From Haliotis rubra (lineage: Eukaryota): a DNA stretch of 64,000 nucleotides. The stretch covers positions 1,612,001-1,676,000 of the forward strand of contig NW_025765059.1 in assembly GCF_003918875.1 (NCBI RefSeq). The letters run 5' to 3'. The notes under the pieces were generated by a model. The model searched no databases. It was not told the origin of the DNA and saw only the letters and a program-made list of their open reading frames with translations. Made by a program: the position numbers and the translations under genes. Below, piece after piece: positions 1-13,377 of this stretch. Each line of letters starts with the position of its first letter. Positions within the stretch are counted from its first letter, which is position 1.

Positions 1-348
1 AACTCAATATACAATCAACCGGATATGATCTGCTATTCCACGAATAGTTGGCTTCGAGTAATGGCCTCTGTACGAACGAAATCATTCTCAGTGAAATCAG
101 CTGAGGTAACTTTCATAATTATTACTCAAGAGCTTATAAATGTTTGGCAGTAGCGTCCTAAACGTACACACGACGACCTCCCTGAAAGTAATTCCCCCGT
201 GATGTCCGGAATAACAGGTTTCGGGTTAACGGGGTTTCACTGGATGAGACAGGGCGTGATCTGACCGCACTAAATAACCGGTTAACATAAAGGGTCGATT
301 ACTCTGTAATTATATAACTGGAATACTGTTCAATGCAACCTTTGGTGG

Positions 349-510
349 TGGTGGGGTAGCCTAGTGGTTAAAGTGTTCGTTCGTCACGCTGAAGACCCGG
401 GTTTGATTCCTCACATGGGTACAATGAGTGAAGCCCATTTCTGGTGTCCCCCGCCTTGATATTGTTGGAATATTGCTAAAAGCTGCGTAAATCCAAAGTC
501 ACTCACTCAC
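349..510 (+). mobile_element. tRNA-derived SINE, family 1
   Basis: A box TAGCCTAGTGG, B-box-like GGTTTGATTCC, (ACTC)n tail; several other copies in the window. Confidence 0.8.
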
Positions 511-911
511 TAATCGCGTGTCATCGTAAAGTGTTCATAATATCGTCCCCTGATTTGTCTGGTCCAAGCCAAAACACATAATCGGGGCGATTGTAAGATT
601 CCTATGAAATTATAATTTATAAATATATCTGATGCAATGTGCTTTCTTAATCAGAAGAATACCACACATGGTCAAATATACATCTACTCGGATATGTAAG
701 CACATAAAGAAACTGGCTATTAGATACGTCTACTAGATCTATATATGCTCCATAACGTTAAAAGAGAAAGACGACAGAGGACGTGACGTCCTGGCTAAGG
801 TGTCATATCGTACCCGGGCACCATGTACCATGCCTTCTGTAGCAAATCACATTTCGCCATGGATTGCAACTAATGGGTGCAACTCGTACACAACTCGCTG
901 TTACTCAGATC

Positions 912-1150
912 GACCCATGAAGATCAGGGCTAGAATTGGCCGTCAGCAACCCATGTTTGGGTTAGAGGCGACTAACGTGATCGGATGGTCAGATTCGCTG
1001 CCTTGGTTGACACATCTCATCGTTTGCCAGTTGCGTAGATCGATGCTGATGATGTTAATCACTGGATTGTCTGTTCCAGGCTCGATTATTTACAGACCGC
1101 CGCCGTACAGTTGAAATATTGTAGAGAGTCGCGTTAAACAACAAACAAAC
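912..1150 (+). mobile_element. Dispersed SINE-like repeat, family 2
   Basis: Shares the core CACTGGATTGTCTG...CTCGATTATTTACAGACCGCCGCC with copies near 4411, 9930-10115(-), 31173, 35972, 40398 and 52115(-). Confidence 0.75.
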
Positions 1151-2816
1151 AAAACATAACTTAGATCGCAAACCGCCATTAACATAAGGTATAAGACATT
1201 ATCAGTAAAATGTTGATTGGACGGAAAATCATGGGGAGGGGGGAGAAAAAAGTATTTGGGGGAGTTTGATAAAACACAAGATGTTGAACATGACATGACA
1301 TCGTGTATATCGCAAAGTATGGCATGCATACAAAAGGTCTTTGAACGTCATTGACATACATCTGTATTGTACATTTTGCTGCTTAGACATGAGCAGGAAG
1401 CGGGTTGGCAGGAAACAGATTGATGTAATAATGTGTGAAGAAGAAACCATGACAGATACATTTTACAGCTCCATTTTCACAACAGATTTTACGGGAGCTT
1501 GGAACATATTTGTAGGTCGCAATTCCGCAGTACAAACCATCAACAATCTCTTCATGATATACTCATACGCGTTTGTGCTGTACCAAGTTCCCATCTTACA
1601 AAGCGATGACGCGGGTTCTGACCCCACAGTCACTCATGTATTAAGTCTGGCATAAACTGCAATGCAATATACTCATTTAACAAACTCAAGACAATACCTA
1701 AACGTTCACTGCAACACTCTTCCATACATCTCTACATCAATTCACTGGCACACCCAAACAATGTTGATTAGAATTTAATGTGAATAATGTTATATTTTCT
1801 ACGTCATATATAGAAGCATGTACATGTGATTCTAATGTTGGAAGATATGCGTTATCTATTTTCTGTGTTGGTCGTGATGTTAAGATTCGGATAACATTTG
1901 CTTTTAGTGAGTGGTGTTTGCTACCGGTTGAGCAGGACATACTAGGATTTTATGCTCTTCCCATTTTCACGAAGCGATCTAATCTCAATGGTGATTTTAA
2001 TCCCCATGCTCCAACATGGACGTAGATAGACCAGTGTGTCATTACCGTTTTTAATGCTCAATTGATTTCAGCGATCCAGTCATACCCTGATGTTCACCAC
2101 TCTTTACCGTTTATGCCCAATCTCGTGAAAATCTGCGTCGAGGGGTGGTTGTACAGACTGACTCTCTAGGCACTGACCTTTGCTATTTATCGTAGTCAAC
2201 TTCTTTGTGGATAAAATGTGATTTGATACTAGGTGACCAACTCTGTGTACATAGCTTACTAAAATCGCGTCAGCTGTATGGAAAGTGTGCACCACAGAAT
2301 CTGAAAGTGTGCACCAGAGGAACCACATTGTCCCAGCCTTATATGAACCGGGGCGGGGGTTGCGGTGGTGGTATAGTTCAAGGTCGACTTGGACCGGGAA
2401 TAGGGTCTGTTTGCGTGCGGTACATTAACTGAAGTTGAACTATTATAAATATAAGCAGGCATACTGGACCAAAATAATTTAAAATAAAAATGTATTCATT
2501 GTATTCAGATATTTTGATGAAGTGACAGGATCCTCATAAGAATTGATTCATTGTACAGAGTTGCATCCCTTAGGCATGCCAGGAACCAGTTCAACGATGA
2601 TTTGAGCATCTCAGTAGTGGTTGTGGGTTTCATCAAAGGGTAAATATCTCAGAATGCATATAACACGCACAATTAATTCTGGACTCAGAAGAGTCGAGAA
2701 ACTCTCCGCACTGTGGGCACTTTCTGACAAGGGATTTGACCAAATTAAACATGCAGTTGTTATGAATATATACCAAGGATGAATTTTTTTTTCCGAAAAC
2801 TTTAAATTTAAACACG

Positions 2817-3160
2817 CTCGCCCATGGGCGAGAATGTTTAATTTCGATCAGAATTCATGTTTTGGAGGTTGTAAATGAATGAGTGTATGTTTATAAGCAT
2901 CATGACACAAATTTCAACTCATTTTGACTTAAGTCGACTAATTTAGAACGATATTAAAAATTCATGGGCGAGAATATTTACTTTTACTCAAAATACATGT
3001 TTTCGCATGCTTTGGAGGTTGTAAGTGAATGAGTGTATACTTATGGGTATCATGAAACAGAATTCAACTCATTTTGACTTAATTCGCCTAATTTAGAGCG
3101 ATATTAAAAAATCTCGCCCATGGGCGAGAATATTTACTTTTACTCAAAATACATGTTTTT
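2817..3160. repeat. ~148-bp direct repeat, ~2.3 copies
   Basis: CATGGGCGAGAAT recurs near 2823, 2963 and 3118 with matching downstream sequence. Confidence 0.7.
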
Positions 3161-3617
3161 CCATGTTATTATTAACATTTCGGAAGCGATGGTACAACAA
3201 TCTCACTCAGTAGACTAGTTCATGATAACATCCAGTAATTAATATTACGATGACAAAATACACAACATGACATCCAAATATGACATTTTGTTTATTCTAC
3301 AGCATTTTCACATCTTACTTGCGCTATTTGTTTCATGGCATACGAAATCCATTGTCGTTATGTTTATTCTCTTAGTCCAAGAAGATGTGTGTGTAAATAT
3401 AATTACGTAACTGTATCATACGAAAACTAATTATATATGTTGATAGACGACCTTACTCTCTACCTGATAATGCGAGTTCTGGAAATGAAGTAAAAAAGCT
3501 GTTCTTCTTCCGGCCATCGGCATCCACGGGCAGATAACTCTCAATCACCATCACACCTTCTCCCGGACGTTTCGAATGTGACGTGTCAAGGATACTTAGC
3601 CATCTATAATGGCGGTT

Positions 3618-3738
3618 CTAGCCGTCGACCAGTTCGTTATGGGCGTACTTTGAGCCTTCCTTGGTGATTGCTAAGTTTTTGCCGTTGCTGTCGTCATCTT
3701 TGATGATTTTCATGAAGCCATCAACTGCCTGGTCTACG
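3618..3738 (-). CDS. HPGD: HPGD-like exon 7, last coding exon (121 nt including TAG)
   Basis: ttcag|(G)VDQAVDGFMKIIKDDDSNGKNLAITKEGSKYAHNELVDG*; the joined CDS is 765 nt = 254 aa. Confidence 0.85.
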
Positions 3739-4181
3739 CTGAAATAACGCAAGTGAGTGAGTAAGTGAGTGTTGCGTCACGCTACGCTACAGTGTCTGGG
3801 CTTTGAACCCCTTGCATCAGGCATACCAGATCTTCCATTAAACCATGATTCTGAGTCTGAACATGCCCACGTGATCCACTGTTTTCAGCATACACGCAGC
3901 AAATACTAACTCCAACATTAGTTCATATTACAATAAAAATAAATTGTCAGTCAGTTTTCGAATGTATTTTTTTATGTTATCATATGAATGTTTATTTATG
4001 TTATCATGTTACAATAATAAAACATTTCCACAGTCATTGTAAATATCTAGAAAGAGGAATTCATTGTACGATTCCGACGATGTTATAAGCACACGTTTAT
4101 GAATCAGTTATACCGAACAGTGATGATGCTAGATATTCTGAGGTGTTCTGAGATTAAACGTAACGAAACGATTCTGCATAC

Positions 4182-4327
4182 CCCATAAGAGAAATAGCTT
4201 TGAGCATTTCCTTGAACTCGTCTGGATACAGTAACTGTTCGTCCTTGAACTTCTGGAAGGCTGTGTCTACTGCTGTGGGACACACTGTCCCAAACCGGAG
4301 TCCCATGTCCCCGAGGTAAGGGTTTTT
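4182..4327 (-). CDS. HPGD: HPGD-like exon 6 (146 nt)
   Basis: cag|KNPYLGDMGLRFGTVCPTAVDTAFQKFKDEQLLYPDEFKEMLKAISLM-GG|gtatg; CPxxVDT motif; phases fit the neighbouring exons. Confidence 0.85.
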
Positions 4328-4817
4328 CTGAAGAAAACAAGGACATTAAACAAGGTAATGTCATGTTAATGCTTAGTGAGAACTATTGTGTCCTTGCTCA
4401 ACTCCTCGTTTACCCATGAAGATCAGGGTAGGGATTGTTGTCTCCAGCAACCCCTACAGAGGGCGATTAAGGCGATCAAGTGGCCTTAATACATGTCATC
4501 GTATCCCATTTGCATAGATCGATACCCGTGATATCAATCACTGGATTATCTGGTCCATACGCAATTATTTACAGAGAAATTGTTACTATTTTAACGCATA
4601 CAAGACGTAACATATGTCATATTTGGGATTACACACACTCCCTATCTCTCAGTCTACAGTTCTGCAATTGTGCTGTGTATTTATACCATGTACAAATGCT
4701 CGTATTTGAAAATGTCTGGAAACACTGTATATTATGCATTTATTTTATATAAATTTTACATGTACAAATCCTTGCAACTCGTTAATAAACAATATACTGC
4801 ACTACTTCATAACCTAC

Positions 4818-4894
4818 CGCCCAACTGCTGGTGAAGCCGACCACAGCATGTTTAGAGGCCACGTAGACTGGAAACACGAACCTGGTGACAAGGC
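4818..4894 (-). CDS. HPGD: HPGD-like exon 5 (77 nt)
   Basis: cag|(G)LVTRFVFPVYVASKHAVVGFTSSWA|gtagg; catalytic YxxxK. Confidence 0.9.
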
Positions 4895-5483
4895 CTGGAA
4901 TGCATCATGTGTTATTGTACAAGTACATGCTATATACTGTAACGTCGTGCTATGTTTCAAAATTACTGTAACTCAATCAAAATAAAATCACATGACAACC
5001 TTTTGCTGTCCACACGAAAGGCGTATTCTGGACATGAACTATAACGGCAATTGGAGAAGCTTTCAGTCTGGCACCGTCCCGTGGTGAGGGAGTTAAACTG
5101 GCTGTGGAAGTCCATTTCTACCCTTCCCTTTTTGGGCTTTATGGCTGCTGTGCAAATGTCGCTCGATTGGAAGATTTGCAAGACATGTGTACTGTAAACT
5201 AGTGGGATTAAAGATCAGTTCACCATGATTGAAATCAAATGCACGTGGCATGGTGTGCGGGATCCGATTTGTCAATAGGAGGGACGGAGCGTGGAAGGGA
5301 CATAACTCGTCACAGTTACGAAAGAGCTAGCCACGAAATTCCAGCCTTGTCTGACTCTCGGAGGTACATATGTTTTGCAAATATTGCAATCGACAGAGGT
5401 CTTCACGGTATTCGCACCTGTGTTCGAACCGTGTTGATTTTGTTAAATATTTAATTCTTCTCTGCATAGTCTCCTCAGGCTAA

Positions 5484-5636
5484 TAATGGTTAAAGCGTTG
5501 GCTAGTCACGCCGAAGACCCGGGTTCGAATCCCCACATGGGCACAATGTGTGAAGCCCATTTCTGGTGTCCCCCGCCGTGATGTTGCTGGAATATTGCTA
5601 AAAGCGGCGTAAAACCAAACTCAGTCAGTCAGTCAG
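5484..5636 (+). mobile_element. SINE family 1 with target-site duplication
   Basis: Flanked by TCCTCAGGCTAA on both sides; B box GGTTCGAATCC; (AGTC)n tail. Confidence 0.85.
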
Positions 5637-6018
5637 TCCTCAGGCTAACCAAACTGAAACTTAGAAAATCCCAGCCTCCATTACACAAGGGTTGAAACTG
5701 GACTTCTTCAGTCGAGTTCACTCCCCTGCCTCAGGAGGATGTCAGACTTGATGTTGCCATGACATCCAGTGGGTGAAACTGCGATACCATGAGTATGGTC
5801 AGAATATTATAGCGTGTTCGTTAACACAATACACGTTTAACTACGAGACACTCAGACTGGCTTTTGGGAGACATACACAATTTTGAACCTGAAACGTCCG
5901 TAATTATTTCAATAGTTCACTTTCAGCATGGAGTATATACGGGAGTATATTATCCGACTGAATAGACATCGTCAGGTGAACGTTCAACTAGATCCCCGTG
6001 TAGCTGTTGTTTCCTTAC

Positions 6019-6115
6019 CGACCATGGAGGCGGTGTTGATGATGACGCCACCGCGACCCCTCTTGTCTTTGCGCATGTGCTCCACGGCTAGCTGGGTTCC
6101 ATTCACCACCCCGCT
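6019..6115 (-). CDS. HPGD: HPGD-like exon 4 (97 nt)
   Basis: cag|SGVVNGTQLAVEHMRKDKRGRGGVIINTASMV-G|gtaag; catalytic Ser region. Confidence 0.9.
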
Positions 6116-6335
6116 CTGGAGAACAAAACAATACATGCAGATATAATACAACATACAGACGACATTCACAGATACAAAATACAGATACCATAAAACATCC
6201 TGAAAACTATTACAAATTGTACTGAAAAAGTGAAAAAAAGAACTATATCTTGAGAGTTATTATGAAAATTATATCTAGACTTACACAAGTTACACTCGCT
6301 AGCAACATGAAAAATAAAAATACAGTAAGCCTTAC

Positions 6336-6442
6336 AATATTGACCGAGCACATCATCTGCCATCTCTTCTCGTTCACCAAGCCAGCGTTGTTCAGCATAA
6401 GATCTATGTTGCCATATTTCGACACGGCGCTAGCAAAGGCAT
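6336..6442 (-). CDS. HPGD: HPGD-like exon 3 (107 nt)
   Basis: cag|(D)AFASAVSKYGNIDLMLNNAGLVNEKRWQMMCSVNI|gtaag; NNAG motif. Confidence 0.9.
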
Positions 6443-6739
6443 CTGCATTCAGAACAAATCGTTCACTTCATCTTTTTATTGATATCCAAATTCATTTTGA
6501 CTTAATGGTACATTTAGTTCAGTTTAGACACCGCTCTGGAAAACAGTCCAGTTACAATCAGAAGTAATACTGGTGTCCATCAAATTACCACTTCAATGGT
6601 GAAACACACCACCGGGAATGGTGCTCACGAAGCAGGACACCTAATCGTTCGGAGCCAGAATCATATGGTTTTTTGACGTACCCAAGGGAGACAACTCTGC
6701 ACATCAAACTGCGCCTCAGACAGCTGGGATAGCGTTCCC

Positions 6740-7510
6740 ATCATCGGGGGTAACAGAAGATTGCTGAATGTCCTTTAACACTGGCAAAATGTGTGCCAAA
6801 CATCGAGGTAGCAGAAGATTATCAAATGTCCGTCAACACTAGCCGAATGTGTGTCAAGCATCGGGGTAACAGAAGATTACTGAATTTCCGTCAACACAGG
6901 CAGAATGTGTGTCATACATCGGAGTAACAGAAGATAATTTAATGTCCGTCAACACTGACAAAATGTGTGTCAAACATCGGGGTAACAGAAGATTATTGAA
7001 TTTCCGTCAACGCTAACAGAATATGTATCAAACATCGGGGTAACAGAAGATTATTGAATGAGTGAGTGCGTTTAGTTTTACGCCGCACTCAGCAATATTC
7101 CAACTATATGGCGGCGGTGAAGATTATTGAATGTCTGTCAACACTGACAGAATGTGTGTGTCAAACATCGCGATCGGAGTAACAGAAGATTATAGAATGT
7201 CTGCCAACACAGGCAGAATGTGTCAAACATCGGAGTAACAGAATATTATTTAATGTCCGTCAACACTGACAAAATGTGTGTCAAACATCGAGGTAACAGA
7301 AGATTATTGAATGTTCGTCAACACTGACAAAATGTGTGTCAAACATCGAGGGTAACAGAAGATTATTGAATGTCTGTCAACACAGGCAGAATGTGTCAAA
7401 CAAAGGAGTAACAGAAGATTATTGAATGTCCGTCAACACTGGCAGAATGTGTGTCAAACATCGGGGGTAACATAAGATTATTGAATGTTCGTCAACACTG
7501 GCAGAATGAG
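6740..7510. repeat. ~58-bp minisatellite, ~12 copies, interrupted by a SINE tail
   Basis: Unit ~AAACATCGGGGTAACAGAAGATTATTGAATGTCCGTCAACACTGACAAAATGTGTGTC; SINE 3' fragment at ~7059-7120. Confidence 0.85.
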
Positions 7511-8431
7511 AGTCAGTGTATGTGAGTGTTTTCGAAACTCAAACTGAGTGTGAAATAATTTTTACTCACTCACTCAAGAAACACGATGAACACACAGCAA
7601 ATAATATACTATGCAAAATATAGTTACTTTTTATTGATTATGAAATCACTTTATTTTAAGGTATTGAGTGAGTGAGAAACCACTCAGCTTCTCGTGCATG
7701 TGTTTTAGTAACCAGAATAGTGCAATTTAGTAAGTATGCCAGAACATGTGACGCGTGACCCTCAACGTGACGAGACATCTCGCCACTTACGTATTATCGG
7801 TCTAGAGTTGGCCTTGTTATCAGCCCCGAGATTTGTCGTATGATGCTCCCACACAAATCAGATAATATGCTTGGCTTTACCGCATTCCCTCCAATAACGC
7901 AGGTATTAAATAACCATTATACACTTGTAACATGTCTGTGATATAATATTTGTCAGAATATATTCAAATCCAAACTCAACAAAGCATTTATCGGTTTCTG
8001 TTTTAAATCTGCTTGTTTTGATTGCCGGGGATGAAGGACAGGTGACGGGTTATATTTCGAATTTCTATACTGATCTAGTTCCTACGGGTTGGTTATGTAA
8101 GGAGTTTCTATGCTTGCCGAGCTAATCGGGGGTAAATGAGTGCATAAAGATTTAGAGTGACAGCAATCTATCCACAAGACTGTATGTGAAGAAGGGCGAC
8201 TACAACTTTCCCATAATCAATTGTCCTTGAAATTGAGCAGTATTCCAGCAGCCAGTGTATTCTTTTCAGAGGTATTCATTACTGAGGTACAATCGGGGAC
8301 GGTCTTTCTACAGGGGTAGTCACACGACACGTACTTTGTTTAATGAGCTGACATGCTGAGGACTTTGACCCATCAGCGACCAAAGATGATATTCGATATA
8401 TTTCCCTATGTTGGCTTTAATCAAGTGACCA

Positions 8432-8810
8432 TTTGGCATGTATGTGCATGTGTTCGTACGTATCTGCTTCTTAACCGTACACAGTACTCTGATTATGTAA
8501 AAGCTATGCCCTGTATATTGTATTGACAACTTGGCATGTCATGTGTTCGTCCGTATCTGCTTTTGAACCGTACAAAGTACTCTGATTATGTAAAAGCTAT
8601 GCCCTGTATATTGTATTGACCACTTGGCATGTATGTGCATGTGTTCGTCCGTATCTGCTTTTGAACCGTACAAAGTACTCTGATTATGTAAAGGCTATGC
8701 CCTGTATATTGTATTGACCACTTGGCATGTATGTGCATGTGTTCGTCCGTATCTGCTTCGGAACCGTACACAGTACTCTGATTATGTAAAAAGCTATGCC
8801 CTGTATATTC
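8432..8810. repeat. ~98-bp tandem repeat, ~4 copies
   Basis: TGATTATGTAAAAGCTATGCCCTGTATATT recurs at ~8490, 8583, 8681 and 8779. Confidence 0.85.
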
Positions 8811-8972
8811 ATACTCTCGTGATGTCAAAATATGTGTGAGTATTGACTTATTTAACTACAGCTTAAAATTTCGTCACGCCGACCACAACCCTCAACGGTG
8901 CAGCCCTATTCTATCAAAATAAACACCGTGATAAAGACTGTGATAGCCTTTTGTTGGGAGATAGGTCAAATA

Positions 8973-9395
8973 TACTACCCATCAAAAGTTTAGACTCACT
9001 GAAAGCATTCACTATATGTTATGTGTATATATATGGTTACATCGAAGATGAATTTCTCCACTAATTTGGGGGAACCAACTGCAAACCGTGTGCAGACGAA
9101 TTGCACGAGGATCATCCATCAAATTGCTGAAAAGCATGTGCAAATATCGTGTATGTGAACAGCTGCGTTTTGGTGTAAAGTTTTGTTAAGAATTCGCCAA
9201 TTGTCACTGAGTTTCATCATTCATTGAGCTCATGACAATAATCTTTTCAACGTTATGAATTTGTTTTACAATACATCAGTTCAGGTGTAAACAGAGGCTT
9301 CTTAACAGTATGGAATATTTTACAAAATCTAGCTTAGAACAGATGACTTAAGTAAGTGGCTACATTTACATAGTCTAAACTTTTGATGGGTAGTA
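8973..9395. mobile_element. Tc1/mariner-type MITE
   Basis: TIR TACTACCCATCAAAAGTTTAGACT / AGTCTAAACTTTTGATGGGTAGTA, TA flanks; second copy inverted at 54571-54990. Confidence 0.85.
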
Positions 9396-10259
9396 TAAAT
9401 GAAACCGAATGCAACGAAGCCCTTGGGTGCAAGTAAACCTAGTGATGACCCACAAGTTGCAAGCAGTGTATGACCTAGCCGGCCGTCTGGGTTACCGTAT
9501 GTCGGTCAAAGGTCCACCTTTGCCCTCTATAGCAGCCCGGGGACTTCATAGGGAAGGTGATCAGATATCGTCTTCAGCTTGACCGTATTCATCCCAATAA
9601 TGCAGTACAGTGAGTGGTGGGTTTTGAAGTTGCTTTGAATATTATACCATTTACACATTGGCGTGTCCAGTGAGACGAACGCCCGGAGAGGTGCAGGTCC
9701 AGATGATACTCACACGCTCTGGAGATGGTTTTATAACCATTTTCCATTCCAAATATGGTCTTCGATACATACATTATCAGAAGGCGTCCTTAATCATTGT
9801 TATTGTTGGGTAGGAAGGCTGAACAAAGATAACTAAGTTCGAGCTCTCCTCTTTCACCACATTTCATATCTCGCTCACTTGAGCGTTGTGTCCAGTTATG
9901 CTTGCAAATGAACCCAGAGTATATGCATGTATTTATGTTTAACGCCGCACGAAGCAATTGTCCGGCTAAATAATCGAGTCTGGACAAGAAAATCCAGCGT
10001 CATGCACGTGCATGGATCTACGCGATTGGGAGATGATGACGGGCTTTACCCGAGTCAACCTTTTACGACCATTATGGGTTGCTGAAGACCATTTGTAACC
10101 CGGGTCTTCACGGGTTCCAGGGTATTTACCATGCTGGAATGAACTGTCATTTACAGAAAATTTGAGAACGACGTCACACAAGGAAAGGTAATTATGTAAG
10201 CCCTTACTATCTCATTACATAAAGATATGTAGCTATGGCTAACATTGAGGTGTATCATA

Positions 10260-11801
10260 TATTAAGCAGCAAAAGAAACGTCAGTTTGGAATTTTCCTTC
10301 GCAGAAACGGATAACTGTAAACTCATTTAATGTTTTGATTGTATATTTTTGACAACATCTCCAACTTTACCTGAGCAAAGACATTCCTTCCCAAACTCAG
10401 AATGGAACCCAGGAAATGGTCACAAAAAAGGCAACCTCATCTCGGAGATGGTACGGTGTTCTCCATGTTTTTTTACATGCAACTCATGCTGAACGTGCTG
10501 TTCACAAGGACCAGCCCTATAAAATGCACCCCCAAACCTGGTTGAAACATTCACATTACAACGTCAGCAGGATCCCGCGACTCACGACAGCTCAGAGGAA
10601 CCAGGCGCTAGGAAGACTTGAAGCTGGCCACACTGCACAAGCCGTTGCCAATCACTTCCAGGTCAACGTTCGGACCATCTACAAGCTGCAGCAAGGTTTC
10701 CGGGCCACCAACACCACAAATGATCGCCCCCGTACTGGCAGACCAATGGTGGCCACAAGACGACAAGACCGCCATGTTGTGCGACAGCATGTACAAAATC
10801 CTTTCATGCAGGCACCCGAAACAGCACGACAGACAGTGGGAACACATGGAAGACCAATCTGTACTGATACAGTACGCCGACGTCTTAACAGCGGAAACCT
10901 CCATTGCCGTAGACCTTACCGTGGACCTATCCTCACCCCTCGTCATCGGCGTGAATGTCTACAGTGTGCCCTACAACACCAAAACTGGCGATACAGGCAA
11001 TGGAGAACTGTTCTGTTCACGATGAGAGTCGGTTATGCGTATCAACTGCAGATGGCAGAACAAGAATATGGCGACGACGTGGCCAGCGTTACTCAGACCA
11101 ATGTGTTATGGAAAGAGACTCATGGGGTGGTGCAAACATCATGGTATGGGGTGGAATAGGCCTGAACCAGAGAGTGGGTCCTGTGGTGTTCCAGAACCTT
11201 GGTCCAGGGAGAGGAAGCGGCATCACAGCGGTGCGCTACATCGGCCAAGCTCTCAGACCCTACGTCATACCACATTTCGCACGTCACCGTAACAACATTT
11301 TCCAGCATGATAACGCCCGGGCCCATACTGCCAGAGCTACACGGGACTTCCTACAGCAGAACGGTGTCAACATTATGCAGTGGCCAGCCCTTAGTCCTGA
11401 CTTAAACCCAGTTGAACATCTATGGGATGAAATTCAGAAGAGACTGAATAATGTCATACCAAGGCCGAATACAGCCGATTTATTGCGCCAGGCCTTTCTC
11501 AGCGTTTGGTTCAAGGTGCCAATGGGCTTCATCAATCGATTGGTGCACTCAATGCATAGACGCTGTGCTGCAGTTATTGCCGCTCGTGGTGGTCACACTA
11601 GATACTGAAGTGAAGAGTCTGAATGGACTGCAAACGTTCACGTCTTGGAATTGTGTCTTGGAGTTATTCATTGATGTGTCAAAATATTGTACACAAAAAA
11701 TGTTTTTGATCCGCTTATTATGTCAATTTCTGTAATGATTTGATTACAGTTCCTATCTAATTTTGAATTCGTACTGACGTTGTTGTTTTTGCTGCTGAGT
11801 A
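10260..11801 (+). mobile_element. Tc1-family DNA transposon (DD34E), defective, in HPGD intron 2
   Basis: Imperfect TIRs (AGCAGCAAAA..AACGTCAGT) with TA flanks; transposase split by a frameshift at VLFT/DESR (~11022); QHDNA-x34-E in WPALSPDLNPVEHLW; probable start codon mutated (ATC CCG CGA). Confidence 0.92.
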
Positions 11802-11868
11802 TACATTTAACTGAGCCTGTGACTATACGATATCCCTTACTTTAGGTGCAGTTAAACACGATACGTAC

Positions 11869-11992
11869 CCTTAAAAGACTGTTCGTCACCAACGTCACAT
11901 TTGACAAAAAAGGCCCTGTCTTCTCCATACGCCTTTCTGAAGTCACTCGCAGTTGCCTCCCCTTGCTCTGCGGCAATGTCCGCTAACGCCAC
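11869..11992 (-). CDS. HPGD: HPGD-like exon 2 (124 nt)
   Basis: cag|VALADIAAEQGEATASDFRKAYGEDRAFFVKCDVGDEQSFK-G|gtacgt; acidic residue after beta2 (NAD preference) and CDV motif. Confidence 0.88.
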
Positions 11993-13284
11993 CTGTTTGA
12001 CGGTAGTTACATGTTGTATAAGAAATCCGTGAATTTAATATGTGCACACCTGTCATAAAAAGTATCATATGTTATGTCTGTTTATAACTACTAGTATGAA
12101 CTATTGCAATATTGATGATTGCATTATATGTACTATTAATGTATCATTATGTCTATAAATGTTTCAGGGTGAATTATCGACTAATAAATGCTCCTTCGGG
12201 CAATATCCCACACCCGTAGCGTGTGTTTGAAGTTTTGTTACATTCACTTCCCTGCCACACAAATAAACTCGAGCTGAAAATATCGATGAAATTGTCTTTT
12301 TACTTCCTGATGTCCTTTTCTTCGAGTATTTACTTGTTTACAACTTTTACTATTACAGTGTCTAACAATTATGTTTAATACTTCGCGACAGTTTGTTGGG
12401 AATCAAAACTATACATGTATTGGGATGCTGTGAGGAAATTGTCATGGTTCCCTCAGAAGTATAAACTATCGATAACAGGCTCTAATTCCTGTGACAGTTT
12501 GTACGTGTAAGTCTCACTGTATTAGAAGATCTACAGAGGACACGGGACTTTCAATGCACCAGTTACCCCAGCTAGATTAGTCCGAATCCTAGGTGTTCGT
12601 TATGGGTCATGTTCGTCATATTCATTGTGATTCCTGGATCAACACCAGCACAACCATCATCAGCATTATTCTGTATCATTTCAGATACATTTGAAATAGT
12701 GTGGAAAGCTGTTTCAAAGGTCATTCTCACGTAGTTTTTAAAAGCTTACTGCACACTGTGTTTAATACAGCCCAAGAATTCAAATTCTAAATCTGGCACC
12801 ACGAAGGGAACCAGCATCGTTAAGACCACTGGGCCAATTTCAAGGCTATTATAATTATAAATATATGCCTTAGCCTATGTGAATGTGATGATCACAATTC
12901 AACGTAAACGTCTTGATTGTCTCCATAAACACACACCGTGGTGCAAACACTACAAAGTAGTAGTTGAATAATACGATCACATGATAACGTCGATCTTTGT
13001 CTCGTACGAAGCATATGTAGATCGAGGTGTCGGTTATTTCAAATCCAATGTAATGATGAAATGAACTATGCCTGCATCATTAAAAATATTAACTATAATA
13101 AAGTTTTAACAAAGTGCCTTAACTGGAGGAAACTGATTAAAATTCTACAACACCAGTGGACAATACTTTAATCTACTTTAATTTTTCAAAACTAATTTAC
13201 TTTGAATAAAAATTATTTTTTACCAAAAGGATTTACTTCATCGGAGAAAGTATTAATCACGCAAGAGAAGTGTATTGACCGAAC

Positions 13285-13377
13285 CTTAGCTCCTTCTTTC
13301 AGTAGAGCTTCTGCCACGTTCTTCCCCACCCCCATGGCCCCTCCGGTGATAAACGCAACAGAGCCTTCGATCTTCAT
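13285..13377 (-). CDS. HPGD: 15-hydroxyprostaglandin dehydrogenase-like SDR, exon 1 (93 nt)
   Basis: MKIEGSVAFITGGAMGVGKNVAEALLKEGAK with the TGxxxGxG Rossmann motif; GT donor follows; phase 0. Confidence 0.88.

Noticed and set aside
349-420. tRNA genes at SINE heads (also 29200, 48090, 62833), including a possible tRNA-Sec
   Set aside because: They have A/B boxes but no proper acceptor stem or UCA anticodon, and they continue into SINE bodies with tails and TSDs
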